Shown here: positions 38,041 to 48,535 of the stretch, piece by piece | Numbering within the stretch: position 1 is the stretch's first letter | How the letters are laid out: every line of letters starts with the position of its first letter | Source: Orenia marismortui DSM 5156 | GTDB taxonomy: Bacteria; Bacillota; Halanaerobiia; Halobacteroidales; Halobacteroidaceae | Length of the DNA stretch: 64,000 nucleotides | Direction of reading: 5' to 3' | Assembly (NCBI RefSeq): GCF_000379025.1 | Contig: NZ_KB900617.1 | Span: forward strand, 858,820 to 922,819 | Notes under the pieces: generated by a model | What the model was told of the DNA's origin: nothing | Seen by the model: only the letters and a program-made list of their open reading frames with translations | Databases searched by the model: none | Program-made: the position numbers and the translations under genes

Positions 38041-40020
38041 TCATAGTTTAGTGCGTAATTCTTCAATCTCGTCTCTAATCTGAGCTGCAAGTTCAAACTC
38101 CAAATCCTTCGCTGCTTCTTCCATCTCTTCTTCTAATTCTGCTATCTCCCTTAAAATCTCTGCTTCTGACATCTCTTCTAGCTCTTCTTCATCTAGCTTG
38201 TAATCTTCTCTACTTTCAACTACCATATCAACTGGACGAAGTACCTCTCTAACCTTCTTCTTAATAGTCTGAGGAATAATATTATGTTCTTCATTAAAAT
38301 CCATCTGTAACTGACGACGACGGTTAGTCTCTCCAATAGCTTCTTTCATTGAATCGGTCATCTTATCAGCATACATAATCACTCTACCATTAGCATTACG
38401 AGCAGCTCGTCCAATTGTTTGAACCAAAGATGAAGTTGAACGTAAAAAACCTTCTTTATCTGCATCTAAAATAGCGACTAAAGACACTTCAGGAATATCT
38501 AATCCTTCTCTCAATAGATTAATACCCACCAAAACATCAAATTTACCTAAACGTAAATCTCTAATAATCTCTAATCTTTCAATAGTATCTATATCTGAAT
38601 GAAGATATCTAACTTTAATTCCTGACTTTTCTAAATAATCTGTTAGATCCTCTGCCATTCTTTTAGTTAAGGTTGTAATTAATACCCTTTCATTTCTAGT
38701 AATTACTTGATTAATCTCACCTAGCAAGTTATCAATTTGATTTTTAATAGGTCTTACCTCTATCTCTGGATCAATCAAACCAGTTGGACGAACAATCTGT
38801 TCTACAACCTGCTTACTTCTTTGAAGCTCATAATCTGCTGGTGTAGCAGAAATATATACAACTTGGTTAATCAAGCTTTCAAATTCATTGAATTTTAAAG
38901 GGCGATTGTCTAAAGCAGAAGCTAAGCGAAAACCATACTCTACCAATCTTTCTTTTCTAGATCTATCCCCTGCATACATCCCTCCAATTTGAGGAACAGT
39001 TTTATGAGATTCATCAATGACTAATAAAAAATCATCAGGAAAATAATCAAGTAAAGTTTGTGGTCTAGAACCAGAAGCCCTTCCTTCTAAATGTCGAGAA
39101 TAATTCTCTATCCCAGAACAGAACCCTACTTCTGACATCATCTCCATATCATACTTAGTTCTTTCTTCTAATCTTTGAGCTTCTAATAACTTCCCTTCAC
39201 TTCTTAACTCTTCTAACCTCTCTCCTAACTCTCTTTCAATTTCTTCCAAAGCACGTTCAATCTTATCTTCTGGAGTAACAAAGTGGCTAGCAGGATAAAT
39301 TGTCAATTCACCTAAATTACCTAAAATTTCACCTGTCAAAGTATTAATCTCTTTAATTTGATCAATCTCATCTCCAAATAATTCAACTCGATATGCCTTA
39401 TCTTCATACGCTGGAATAATTTCTATAACATCACCTTTCACCCTAAAAGTCCCTCGGGCAAAATCAATCTCATTTCTTTTATATTGAATCCCTACCAACT
39501 CACGAATTATATCACTTCGATCTTTAATCATTCCTCTTTCTAAATAACAGGTCAAATCTAAATAATCAGCTGGATTACCCAATCCATAAATACAGGAGAC
39601 ACTAGCTACAATAATTACATCATCACGCTCAAATAAAGAACTAGTTGCCGATAATCTCATCTTATCAACCTCTTCATTAATTGAAGCATCCTTTTCTATA
39701 TAAGTGTCTGTTTGTGGTACATAGGCTTCTGGTTGATAATAGTCATAATAACTAACAAAGTATCCCACTTTATTTTCAGGGAAGAACTCCTTAAATTCAC
39801 TACATAATTGTGCAGCCAAAGTCTTATTATGGGCTATAACTAAGGTAGGCTTTTTTACTTCCTCGATTACATTTGCTATAGTAAATGTCTTTCCTGAACC
39901 AGTTACCCCTAATAATGTCTGTTCCTTCATTCCTTCCTCCATGCCTGAAACTAATTTTTCAATTGCTTTAGGTTGGTCGCCTTTAGGAGAATACTCTGAA
40001 ACCAGCTTAAAATTAGGCAT
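38041..40020 (-). CDS. uvrB: Excinuclease ABC subunit B.
   Basis: Helicase motifs '...[10 protein letters not shown]...' and DEAD-like 'VIDESH'; UvrB interaction domain; C-terminal UVR motif. Confidence 0.95.
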   Translation of the reverse strand: MPNFKLVSEYSPKGDQPKAIEKLVSGMEEGMKEQTLLGVTGSGKTFTIANVIEEVKKPTLVIAHNKTLAAQLCSEFKEFFPENKVGYFVSYYDYYQPEAYVPQTDTYIEKDASINEEVDKMRLSATSSLFERDDVIIVASVSCIYGLGNPADYLDLTCYLERGMIKDRSDIIRELVGIQYKRNEIDFARGTFRVKGDVIEIIPAYEDKAYRVELFGDEIDQIKEINTLTGEILGNLGELTIYPASHFVTPEDKIERALEEIERELGERLEELRSEGKLLEAQRLEERTKYDMEMMSEVGFCSGIENYSRHLEGRASGSRPQTLLDYFPDDFLLVIDESHKTVPQIGGMYAGDRSRKERLVEYGFRLASALDNRPLKFNEFESLINQVVYISATPADYELQRSKQVVEQIVRPTGLIDPEIEVRPIKNQIDNLLGEINQVITRNERVLITTLTKRMAEDLTDYLEKSGIKVRYLHSDIDTIERLEIIRDLRLGKFDVLVGINLLREGLDIPEVSLVAILDADKEGFLRSTSSLVQTIGRAARNANGRVIMYADKMTDSMKEAIGETNRRRQLQMDFNEEHNIIPQTIKKKVREVLRPVDMVVESREDYKLDEEELEEMSEAEILREIAELEEEMEEAAKDLEFELAAQIRDEIEELRTKL

Positions 40021-40147
40021 AATTTATTTTCACCTCACCTTTTTATAATATAAAATTTAGTTTATTTAGGAGTTAGGTGTTAGGCTCTAGGTTCTAGTAA
40101 AACATAATACCTAACACCAGAAAATATTACAATATATTATTATAACC

Positions 40148-40178
40148 GAAAAAGCACCCACAAAAGCAGGTGCTTAGT
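40148..40178 (-). terminator. Terminator 'aagcacctgcttttgtgggtgctt' followed by T5, after the deacetylase gene.
   Basis: Minus-strand hairpin plus a T-run. Confidence 0.65.
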
Positions 40179-40200
40179 AAATCTAAACTAAATTCAAAAT

Positions 40201-41358
40201 CTATTCAAGCAAATCTGACACATATACCATCTTAACTCCCATATCTTCAATAGTAGGAATTAATTCTTGAATAGCTAAAGCAGTATTAGATCTAACATGT
40301 CCAATTATTACTAACTCTTTCTTTTCTAAGGCTATTTTAGCTAAACGAAGTATCATCTTCTTAACTTCCTCTTTTTTATCAATATTATCAATAAATAAAT
40401 AATTTAATGTAGTTGGAACACCATATTCTTTAGCAGTTTCAAAGCCTACAGACTTCTGTGAAGTACTACTATCTAGATAGAAAAGATCTCTTTTCTTTAA
40501 TACCTCTATTATAGCCTTCATTACATGGCTATCAGCAGAAGCTTTAGATCCCATATGATGATTTGCACCCACTACTTCTACTAAACTATCTAAGTTTTTC
40601 TCAAATACCTCTTTAATCTGCTTAGAATCCATCTTGCTATAAATAGCACCCTTACCTGGATCTACTTCTGGATTAGTAGGCTCTAATGGTTGATGTAAGA
40701 TCAATTCATGATCTGACTCTCTAATCAATCTAGCATCCTTGTCTGAATATGGTCTAAAAGGTAAAACTGCCATAGTCAAAGGTCTTTCAATACTTAACAT
40801 TTCTTCTGTTCCCTGCCTATTAAAGCCCCAATCATCAATTACAATTGCTAATTTAGCTTTTGGTTCTGGCTGAATAAATTCAAGATGATGAGTCTTAAAT
40901 TCTGCGCTATTAGATTGTGCTTTAAATGCAATATCTATAACCAACCTTTGCTCTGATTCATCTTGACTCCAATCAGCTTTAACTATTGGAAAGTTTTGAT
41001 CTAGCTTATTAATTAGTTCATCCTTCAGACTAGATAAGAGTCTAATATTTGTATCAAAAAGAGGAACTTCTAACTTACGATAGTTATATCTCCAAGTAAA
41101 TTTATAATCTTCTCTCTGAACTTCTTTATCCTTTTGTGATGATTCTGATATCAGTATCTCTTTATCTAGATTAAATTCTTTTAAAATAGAATCTAATTTA
41201 TTATCAAATTGATTGCTAAGTTTACTATAATCTACCTTTATACTCTCTAGTTCTGTATCTTGATTAGATGTTGTTGGTTGACTATCTTGAGAACATGCTG
41301 ACAATAACAACAATAGAAGCATAGAAAGTAAAATAGTCAATAACTTATCTATATCCAT
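40201..41358 (-). CDS. Divergent polysaccharide deacetylase family lipoprotein (YibQ-like).
   Basis: Lipobox 'LLSACSQ' and a YibQ-like core 'LAIVIDDWGFN...HMGSKASAD'. Confidence 0.65.
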   Translation of the reverse strand: MDIDKLLTILLSMLLLLLLSACSQDSQPTTSNQDTELESIKVDYSKLSNQFDNKLDSILKEFNLDKEILISESSQKDKEVQREDYKFTWRYNYRKLEVPLFDTNIRLLSSLKDELINKLDQNFPIVKADWSQDESEQRLVIDIAFKAQSNSAEFKTHHLEFIQPEPKAKLAIVIDDWGFNRQGTEEMLSIERPLTMAVLPFRPYSDKDARLIRESDHELILHQPLEPTNPEVDPGKGAIYSKMDSKQIKEVFEKNLDSLVEVVGANHHMGSKASADSHVMKAIIEVLKKRDLFYLDSSTSQKSVGFETAKEYGVPTTLNYLFIDNIDKKEEVKKMILRLAKIALEKKELVIIGHVRSNTALAIQELIPTIEDMGVKMVYVSDLLE

Positions 41359-41372
41359 CGCTATTACCCTCT

Positions 41373-42575
41373 CTAATTTAATTTTTCTTCTAAAATTTCA
41401 ATAGCTTTCTCTAGTTGATCATCTATTTCTGTATCTGGATTATACTTAATCTTTACATCAGGTTCAATACCTTGGTGATGAATAAACCTTCCAGCTGGAG
41501 TATAATACTTAGCTGTAGTAAGCTTTACAGCTGAACCATCAGCTAAAGGAACTACACTTTGCACTACCCCTTTACCAAAGGTCTTATCTCCAACTATTAC
41601 TCCTCGATGATTATCCTGAATAGCACCTGTTACTATTTCAGAAGCACTAGCACTACCACCATTAACTAAGATAACTAGAGGTTCATCAATACTCTTAATC
41701 CCTCTAAATAATGGTACTGCTTCTTTTGCTTTACCTCTTTCTTTCACGTAAACAACTGCTCCTTTATCAATAAAATTACTTGCTACTTTAGAAGCTTCAC
41801 CTAACAGTCCTCCTGGATTATTTCTTAAATCAAGAATAAATGCTTTAGCTCCTTCTTTATGTAGCTTATCAATCTCATCAGCAACCTTTTCTCCTACATG
41901 ATCAATAAATTGAGTTAAACGAATATAACCAATATTTCCTTCTTTCATCTCTGAAGAAACATAAGACAGCTCAATATCTTCTCTTATAATCTCTACATCA
42001 AATTTATTAAACTTATCTCCATTTTCTTTTTCTTTATTAGCTTGATCCTCTTCCTGATCTATTAACCTTTTTATTGTTAGAGTTACTTTAGTACCGGCTT
42101 CACCTTTCATCATTCCTACAGCTTTCTGCATTCCCATACCTTTAGTATCTACTCCATCAATTGCTACAATCATATCTCCACCAAGCAATCCTGCTCTCTC
42201 ACCAGGTGTATCCTCCATAGGTGATACAATTGTAAGTTGCTCATCTTTCATAGTAATAACAATTCCAATCCCACCATATTTACCTTCAAATTCTTCCTGC
42301 ATATTTTCAAAGTCCTGAGGTGGTAAATATCCTGTATATGGATCATCTAAGGTCTCTAACATACCATCTATAGCACCTGTTAATAACTCATCAGCATCTG
42401 TTTCTTCAACATAGCTTCTTTTAACTAAATCTAAAATAACAAAAAGTTTCTTGAACATATTTAATTCATTTACTTGGTTTGCTTGCACTTTATGAATAAA
42501 AAATCCTGTTGCACCTGCAGTTACTAACATTAATAATATTAGCACTGTACTTATTACTCTTTTTTTATTAAACAT
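41373..42575 (-). CDS. ctpA: Carboxyl-terminal processing protease (S41 family), containing a PDZ domain.
   Basis: S41 motifs 'NPGGLL' and 'GGSASASE'; N-terminal TM helix; PDZ region. Confidence 0.85.
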   Translation of the reverse strand: MFNKKRVISTVLILLMLVTAGATGFFIHKVQANQVNELNMFKKLFVILDLVKRSYVEETDADELLTGAIDGMLETLDDPYTGYLPPQDFENMQEEFEGKYGGIGIVITMKDEQLTIVSPMEDTPGERAGLLGGDMIVAIDGVDTKGMGMQKAVGMMKGEAGTKVTLTIKRLIDQEEDQANKEKENGDKFNKFDVEIIREDIELSYVSSEMKEGNIGYIRLTQFIDHVGEKVADEIDKLHKEGAKAFILDLRNNPGGLLGEASKVASNFIDKGAVVYVKERGKAKEAVPLFRGIKSIDEPLVILVNGGSASASEIVTGAIQDNHRGVIVGDKTFGKGVVQSVVPLADGSAVKLTTAKYYTPAGRFIHHQGIEPDVKIKYNPDTEIDDQLEKAIEILEEKLN

Positions 42576-42930
42576 CTATTTTCCTACCTTCCCACTTAGT
42601 TTATTACATTTAATTCTACCATTTTTTTTATATTTCCGCAAACAATCCACCTATGATCAGACTATATATTATAGTTAATTGTGGATAATTTTAATCTTCT
42701 ATAAAAAAAATACTACCACTATATTTTTATTCCATTTTAAATTATATGATTTAATACACTATTAGTATAAAGCAACATTGAAAAGTTAAATGATCTTTAC
42801 TATCTAAATTAAATACTGTAATATTTTCTTATTTCTATCAATAATTCTAATAATTATTTAGGATTAAAATTAAAAACCAGAATAAAAATTCAATTATTCC
42901 AAAAAATAAACTAACAAAGGAGGCGATATC

Positions 42931-43392
42931 TTGACACAAATTACACTAACTCAAAAAGAAAGAACTCTTCTAGAAGACCAAAAGAGCCATGAAGAGATCT
43001 GTATTCAAAAGTATAAACATTATGCAAATCAAGCTCAAGATCCAGAATTAAAGGCACTATTTAATTATTATGCAGATCAAGAGCAACAACACTTTGATAC
43101 TGTTAGCCAGATGCTCAATGGTACTATCCCTCAGATAAATCAGGGAAAGCAACAGCAAAATAATCAACCTCAGATAAGCCAAGGAAAGACTGGAAATGAC
43201 GCTGACTACAAATTATGTACTGACCAGCTAATGACTGAAAAATACGTATCTTCTACTTATAATACTAGCATCTTTGAATTTACTAATTCTAAAGCCCGAC
43301 AAGTTCTAAACCATATCCAAAAAGAAGAGCAAGAGCATGGAGAAGGTATCTTCAACTATATGCAAAGTCGTGGTATGTATAATCCAAAATAA
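42931..43392 (+). CDS. Spore coat protein F-like protein (Coat_F domain). TTG start.
   Basis: Motif '...LLEDQKSHEEICIQKYKHYANQAQDPELKALFNYYADQEQQHFDTV...'. Confidence 0.55.
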   Translation: MTQITLTQKERTLLEDQKSHEEICIQKYKHYANQAQDPELKALFNYYADQEQQHFDTVSQMLNGTIPQINQGKQQQNNQPQISQGKTGNDADYKLCTDQLMTEKYVSSTYNTSIFEFTNSKARQVLNHIQKEEQEHGEGIFNYMQSRGMYNPK

Positions 43393-43580
43393 ACTCTAGC
43401 TACTAACTATTAGCTGTTTTACATTAGGCAAAAAATATCTTTACTATATAAAAACACCCTATAATAAATACTCTTTTTAGAATTATTTTATAGGGTGCTT
43501 TTTTTAAGATAACTATGTCTAGTTTTTACTTATTAATTTAAAATCTTCTTGACTAATAGCAAATAGCTAAGAACCAACAA

Positions 43581-44390
43581 CTAAAACAGCAATAAACTCA
43601 ATGCCATTACTGCCATTCCAGCTACAAAACCATAAATCACTTGGTGACCATGTCCATATTTACGAGAAGTGGGCAATAACTCATCAATAGATATGAATAC
43701 CATTATTCCTGCTACACTTCCAAATAGAACTCCAAAAGTTAATTCACTAAAGAAGGTTCTAAAGACAAAATACCCTAAAATTGCTCCTAAAGGCTCAGCA
43801 ACTCCAGATAGAAAAGAGTATATAAAGGCTTTCTTCTTATCCCCTGTAGCATGATAAATTGGTACTGAAACAGAAATCCCTTCTGGAATATTGTGTATCG
43901 CAACAGCAATAGCAATAGATATTCCCAAAGCTGGGTCAGACAATGCTGAAGCAAAGGTAGCTAATCCTTCAGGGAAATTATGTATTGCAATTGCTAAAGC
44001 TGAAAACATTCCCATTCTTAATAACTGGCTCTTGTCATCTATTGTGTCCTCTTGTAAATCTCTAATTTCTCTCTTATCTCTAGCTTCATGAGGATTCTCT
44101 GCTTCAGGAACAAATTTATCTATAATTGCAATTAAAGCTATTCCCAAAAAGAAGGCCCCCACTGTAGCCCATTCGCCATTTTCCGCACCTAAAGCGACTA
44201 CTAAAGAATCTTGAGCCTTTGGTATAATCTCTATAAAAGATACATAAATCATTACCCCGGCTGAAAATCCTAATGATGTTGCTAAAAATGATGTATTAGT
44301 CCTTTTGGTAAAGAAGGCTAAAGCACTTCCAATTCCCGTTGATAATCCTGCAAATAATGTTAGCAAAAAAGCAATTAAAACATTATCCAT
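43581..44390 (-). CDS. ZIP-family divalent metal transporter (ZupT-like).
   Basis: Eight TM helices and the ZIP signature 'HNFPEGLA...' with its histidine-rich TM IV-V region. Confidence 0.8.
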   Translation of the reverse strand: MDNVLIAFLLTLFAGLSTGIGSALAFFTKRTNTSFLATSLGFSAGVMIYVSFIEIIPKAQDSLVVALGAENGEWATVGAFFLGIALIAIIDKFVPEAENPHEARDKREIRDLQEDTIDDKSQLLRMGMFSALAIAIHNFPEGLATFASALSDPALGISIAIAVAIHNIPEGISVSVPIYHATGDKKKAFIYSFLSGVAEPLGAILGYFVFRTFFSELTFGVLFGSVAGIMVFISIDELLPTSRKYGHGHQVIYGFVAGMAVMALSLLLF

Positions 44391-44456
44391 TTTAACACCT
44401 CATTATATTATCAGTAATTATCTGATTAATTATAAATTAATAGCCTTAAAAATAAT

Positions 44457-45272
44457 TTAACCCAAAGCTACATCTAAAGACATCATTACTGCAAAGCCAA
44501 GCATTAAACCAGCTGTAGCTATATGACTATTACCTTCTTGATGAGATTCAGGAATCAATTCTTCACCTACTACAAAAATCATTGCCCCGGCAGCAAAAGA
44601 TAAAGCATAAGGCAAAATAGGTCTCATCAATAATACAGCTGCTGCACCAAGTACTCCTGCAATTGGTTCAACTATTCCTGATGCTTGACCATACATAAAA
44701 CTCTTCATTGGTGATAATCCTTCTCTTCTTAGAGGTACTGATACAGCTGTTCCTTCTGGGAAATTTTGAATACCGATACCTATAGCCAGAGCTATTGCCC
44801 CTGCTAAAGAAGCTGAGGGCAAATTAGCACCTACTGCACCAAAAGCCACCCCTACAGCTAAACCTTCAGGAATATTATGTAAAGTTACTGCAAGTACTAA
44901 CAAAACACTTCTTTCCCAACTAGTTTTAACCCCTTCTGCTTTACCTTGAGATAGGCCGGGATGAAGATGAGGTAAATATCTATCTACAAACCTTAAAAAT
45001 ACTCCTCCTAATAAAAATCCAATTACCGCTGGAACCCATCCAGGAATACCTAAGTTTTCTGACATCTCAATAGCAGGAGCTAGTAATGACCAAAAACTAG
45101 CTGCAATCATTACTCCAGCTGCAAAGCCTAACATTCCATCTAAAAACTTTCTATTTACTTCTTTAAAAAAGAATACTACTCCTGCTCCCAAAGCAGTTAA
45201 AAACCAAGTAAACAAGGTTGCCAACAAAGCTTGAGTAATAGGAGTTAATTCTTTAAACCATTCCAAAAACAT
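44457..45272 (-). CDS. ZIP-family divalent metal transporter (paralogue of the preceding gene).
   Basis: '[10 protein letters not shown]' signature, in tandem with the previous ZIP gene. Confidence 0.8.
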   Translation of the reverse strand: MFLEWFKELTPITQALLATLFTWFLTALGAGVVFFFKEVNRKFLDGMLGFAAGVMIAASFWSLLAPAIEMSENLGIPGWVPAVIGFLLGGVFLRFVDRYLPHLHPGLSQGKAEGVKTSWERSVLLVLAVTLHNIPEGLAVGVAFGAVGANLPSASLAGAIALAIGIGIQNFPEGTAVSVPLRREGLSPMKSFMYGQASGIVEPIAGVLGAAAVLLMRPILPYALSFAAGAMIFVVGEELIPESHQEGNSHIATAGLMLGFAVMMSLDVALG

Positions 45273-45502
45273 AAAATCATCCTTCCTTTACTATTAATAA
45301 TAGTTATTAATTATATTATAATATATTATCTTCCATAAGTAAATCAAAAATCTATCTGATAATTATCCAATTTTAAAATATAATTAAAATTAACTTTAAT
45401 TATAACAAGAAAAAATAAATAAAAATTTATAATCCTCTACTTCTTATTCTGCTTCTAATCACATAAATAATTATAAGATAAAAATTTAAGGAGTGTCAAT
45501 CC

Positions 45503-45916
45503 ATGCTTTCTCCAAGTTTAGAAGATTACTTAGAAGAGATATACCGTTTTTCTAAAGAATTAGGATTTGTTAGAACCACAGATATAGCAGAAAAACTTAA
45601 TGTTTCACTTCCCTCGGTAACAAAAGCTGTTAAAAGGCTAAATAAAAAGAACTATCTAAATCATGAACCCTATAAAAATATTAAACTAACTCAAAAAGGA
45701 AAAAAGTTAGGCGCATTCCTAGTAAGAAGAAATAAAACTTTACAAGAATTTGTAGAAATAATCGGTAGTAAGTCTAATAAAGCTGACGAAGCTGAAGCAA
45801 TGGAACACTATCTTTCCAAAGATACTGTTTCAGCAATAACATCACTAGTAGAATTCTTAAAAAAAGAACCACAATTACAGAAAAAATTGTTAGAATTCAG
45901 AAATAAAAATAACTAA
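45503..45916 (+). CDS. mntR: DtxR/MntR-family metal-dependent transcriptional regulator (137 aa).
   Basis: Motif 'LEDYLEEIYRF...TTDIAEKLNVSLPSVTKAVKRL', MntR-like length, flanked by metal transporters. Confidence 0.75.
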   Translation: MLSPSLEDYLEEIYRFSKELGFVRTTDIAEKLNVSLPSVTKAVKRLNKKNYLNHEPYKNIKLTQKGKKLGAFLVRRNKTLQEFVEIIGSKSNKADEAEAMEHYLSKDTVSAITSLVEFLKKEPQLQKKLLEFRNKNN

Positions 45917-45956
45917 TATAGTAACAGGTAGAGGAATAATCCCCTACCCTTTTATT

Positions 45957-48132
45957 TTATAAAAACAAAGCAGTAAATATTTGATTGACTAAGAAACAGA
46001 CTATAATTCCAACAATAAGCGGCATAATAGCAGCAAAAATAGTCCATTTCCAACTATTAGTCTCCTTCTTAATAGTTATTAAAGTTGTTCCACAAGGAAA
46101 ATGTAATAAAGAGAATAACATTGTACATAAAGCTGTTACCCAAGTCCAACCATTATTAACTAATATCCCCTTTAAAGCCTCAGCACTATCAGGCTCAATC
46201 ATAGATCCTAATGAAAGATAACTCATCACTAATATCGGTAATACAATCTCATTAGCTGGTAAGCCTAAGATAAAAGCTAAGAGAATAAAACCATCTAAAC
46301 CAATCAATACTGCAAAAGGATTAAGTAAATTGGCTAGATAATCAATAATACTTATCCCACCAACAGTATTATTGGCTAGAAGCCAGACAATTCCTCCTGC
46401 TGGTGCTGCTACTATTATAGCCCTCCATAATACAAATAAAGTTCGATCTATAAAGGAACGAACTAAAACCTTTCCAACTTGTGGCTTACGATAAGGTGGC
46501 AGCTCTAAGGAGAAAGAAGAAGGAACACCTTTAAGCAGAGTCTTTGACAATATCCAAGATATTAACAAGGTAATTGTAATACCGATTAAAACCAAGAGTA
46601 CTACCATAGCAGCTGCTCCAATTGAACTACCCTTGCCACCGATAGTCCCTATAAAGATCATAGATAAAATTAATAAAGTAGGAAATCGTCCATTACAAGG
46701 AACAAAATTATTGGTCAAAATAGCCAATAATTTCTCTCGGGGAGATTCAATAATTCTAGCTGCAATTACCCCTGCTGCATTACAACCAAAGCCCATACTC
46801 ATAGTTAAAGACTGCTTCCCATTTGCTCCTGCCTTCTTAAAGAAGTTATCAAGATTAAAAGCTACCCTTGGCAGATATCCCAAATCTTCCATTAAAGTAA
46901 AGAGTGGAAAAAAGATAGCCATTGGTGGTAACATAACCGAGACAACCCAAGCTAAAGTTCGATAAGTACCATCAATTAAAAATCCACGTAGCCATTCTGG
47001 AGTTCCAATAAAGATCAATAAATTACTAAGTTGACCTTCTAACCAGAATAATCCTTTAGCTAATAGCGCTGATGGATAATTGGCTCCAACAAGAGTAAGC
47101 CAAAAAACTCCACCTAACATAAGTAGCATAATTGGAAAACCAAGCCATTTCGAGGTTAAAATATCATCTATTCTTTCACCTAAACAAATCTTTTCTTCTT
47201 CAACATTAACATTATTAATAGTAATTTTTTCTGCTTTGCTATAAATATCTTTGACCACCTGATCCCTCAATTCCTGTCTTTCCTTTTCACTAAAAGAATT
47301 TGATATCTTAGATAATAGATCACTTAATCCCTTATTCTTAGTCAAATCCATAGAAATCAGCCTCACTCTCTAAATTTTCTCTAAAGTAGTAGTTCCTCAT
47401 TGACTCTAAAATAGTTTGGTCACCTTCTAATAACCTTAAAGCCAACCAACGTAAATTCAAGCCATCAGATAATTCACCTAAAGCATTTTTGATATCTGGT
47501 AATAATTGATCGATTGCCTTTTCAATTTCTGATGAATACTTTACTCTTACTGGCTTTACTCTCTTCTCCTGCTCAACTATTGCTGTTACTATATTTCTAA
47601 GCTTATCTAAACCAATCTCATCACGTGCTACAGTAGGAACAACTGGTATCCCTAATTCCTTTTCCAACCCTTTGATATCAATCTGAATATTCTTTCTTTC
47701 TGCCTCATCCATTAAATTTAAACATAATATTAAATTTTCAGTTAGCTCAGTTACCTGTAAAACTAAATTTAGATTGCGTTCTAAATTAGTAGCATCAGCC
47801 ACAACAATAGTTGCATCTGGTTTGGCAAAACAGATAAAGTCTCTAGCTACCATCTCTTCACTTGAACTAGCTAATAATGAATAAGTACCTGGCAAATCTA
47901 CTAAAGTATATTCCTGTCCTTGATTCTCATAATAACCCTGAGCCTGGCTTACAGTCTTACCAGGCCAATTTCCTGTATGCTGTCTTAACCCTGTTAGAGC
48001 ATTAAAAACTGTACTTTTTCCTGTATTTGGATTACCTGCTAAGGCAATCACAGGGCTATTATTTTCTGGGTCAATATTAAAAAATTCTCTTAATAAACTT
48101 AAGCCACTTGATTCTGCTGTTAATCCCATCAA
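45957..48132 (-). pseudogene. feoB: Ferrous iron transporter FeoB, split by a frameshift into a G-domain ORF (47338..48132, 264 aa) and a membrane-domain ORF (45957..47366, 469 aa).
   Basis: G1 'GNPNTGKST' lies in the upstream ORF and the gate/membrane domains in the downstream ORF. The two ORFs overlap by 29 bp in different frames, and the peptide continuity '...ESEADFYGFD / KNKGLSDLLSK...' is restored by a 1-nt shift near 47338-47345. Confidence 0.7.
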
Positions 48133-48200
48133 CTCAACCTCCTAGATATATTTTATATATATTAAACCTTCTAAACTAGGGTTTATAATTTTAATACTAA

Positions 48201-48428
48201 TCACCTCACTTCAATCAAACTAGTCTCTTCACTTCGTAAAGCAATTACAGTTCCTCTAATTAAATAAGCTGTTGGATCTCCTGAAGGACTTCTTCTTTTT
48301 CCTATTACTTCAGTGCCTGGAATCAATCCTAAATCCAACAATCTTCTCCTTTTAATACCTTCAGCCTTGAGATCAACTACCTGACAACTTTCTCCTAAGG
48401 GTAATTGAGTTAATAACATTTGCTCCAC
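48201..48428 (-). CDS. feoA: FeoA (75 aa).
   Basis: SH3-like FeoA sequence, immediately upstream of feoB. Confidence 0.8.
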   Translation of the reverse strand: MEQMLLTQLPLGESCQVVDLKAEGIKRRRLLDLGLIPGTEVIGKRRSPSGDPTAYLIRGTVIALRSEETSLIEVR

Positions 48429-48436
48429 CTCCTAAA

Positions 48437-48473
48437 TTTATTAGTCTAGACTAATAATCTTAACCTAGGTTAA
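48437..48473. promoter_or_regulatory. Two adjacent perfect palindromes in the feoA promoter region: 'ttattagtctagactaataa' (20 bp) and 'ttaacctaggttaa' (14 bp). These are candidate operators for a metalloregulator of Fur or DtxR type.
   Basis: Direct reading of the sequence, 9-45 bp upstream of the feoA start. Confidence 0.4.
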
Positions 48474-48535
48474 CTTCCTTTTGCTCCATATTATGTGCTA
48501 AATCAAAAGTTGTGTAGATAAATTTTTATAAAGCT

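Noticed and set aside
40021-40147. LexA/Cheo box (GAAC-N4-GTTC) in the uvrB promoter.
   Set aside because: No GAACnnnnGTTC occurs on either strand, so SOS regulation cannot be asserted from sequence.
43669-44091. Plus-strand ORFs inside the ZIP gene.
   Set aside because: Antisense shadows.
45985-46965. Plus-strand ORFs inside the feoB membrane domain.
   Set aside because: Antisense shadows.
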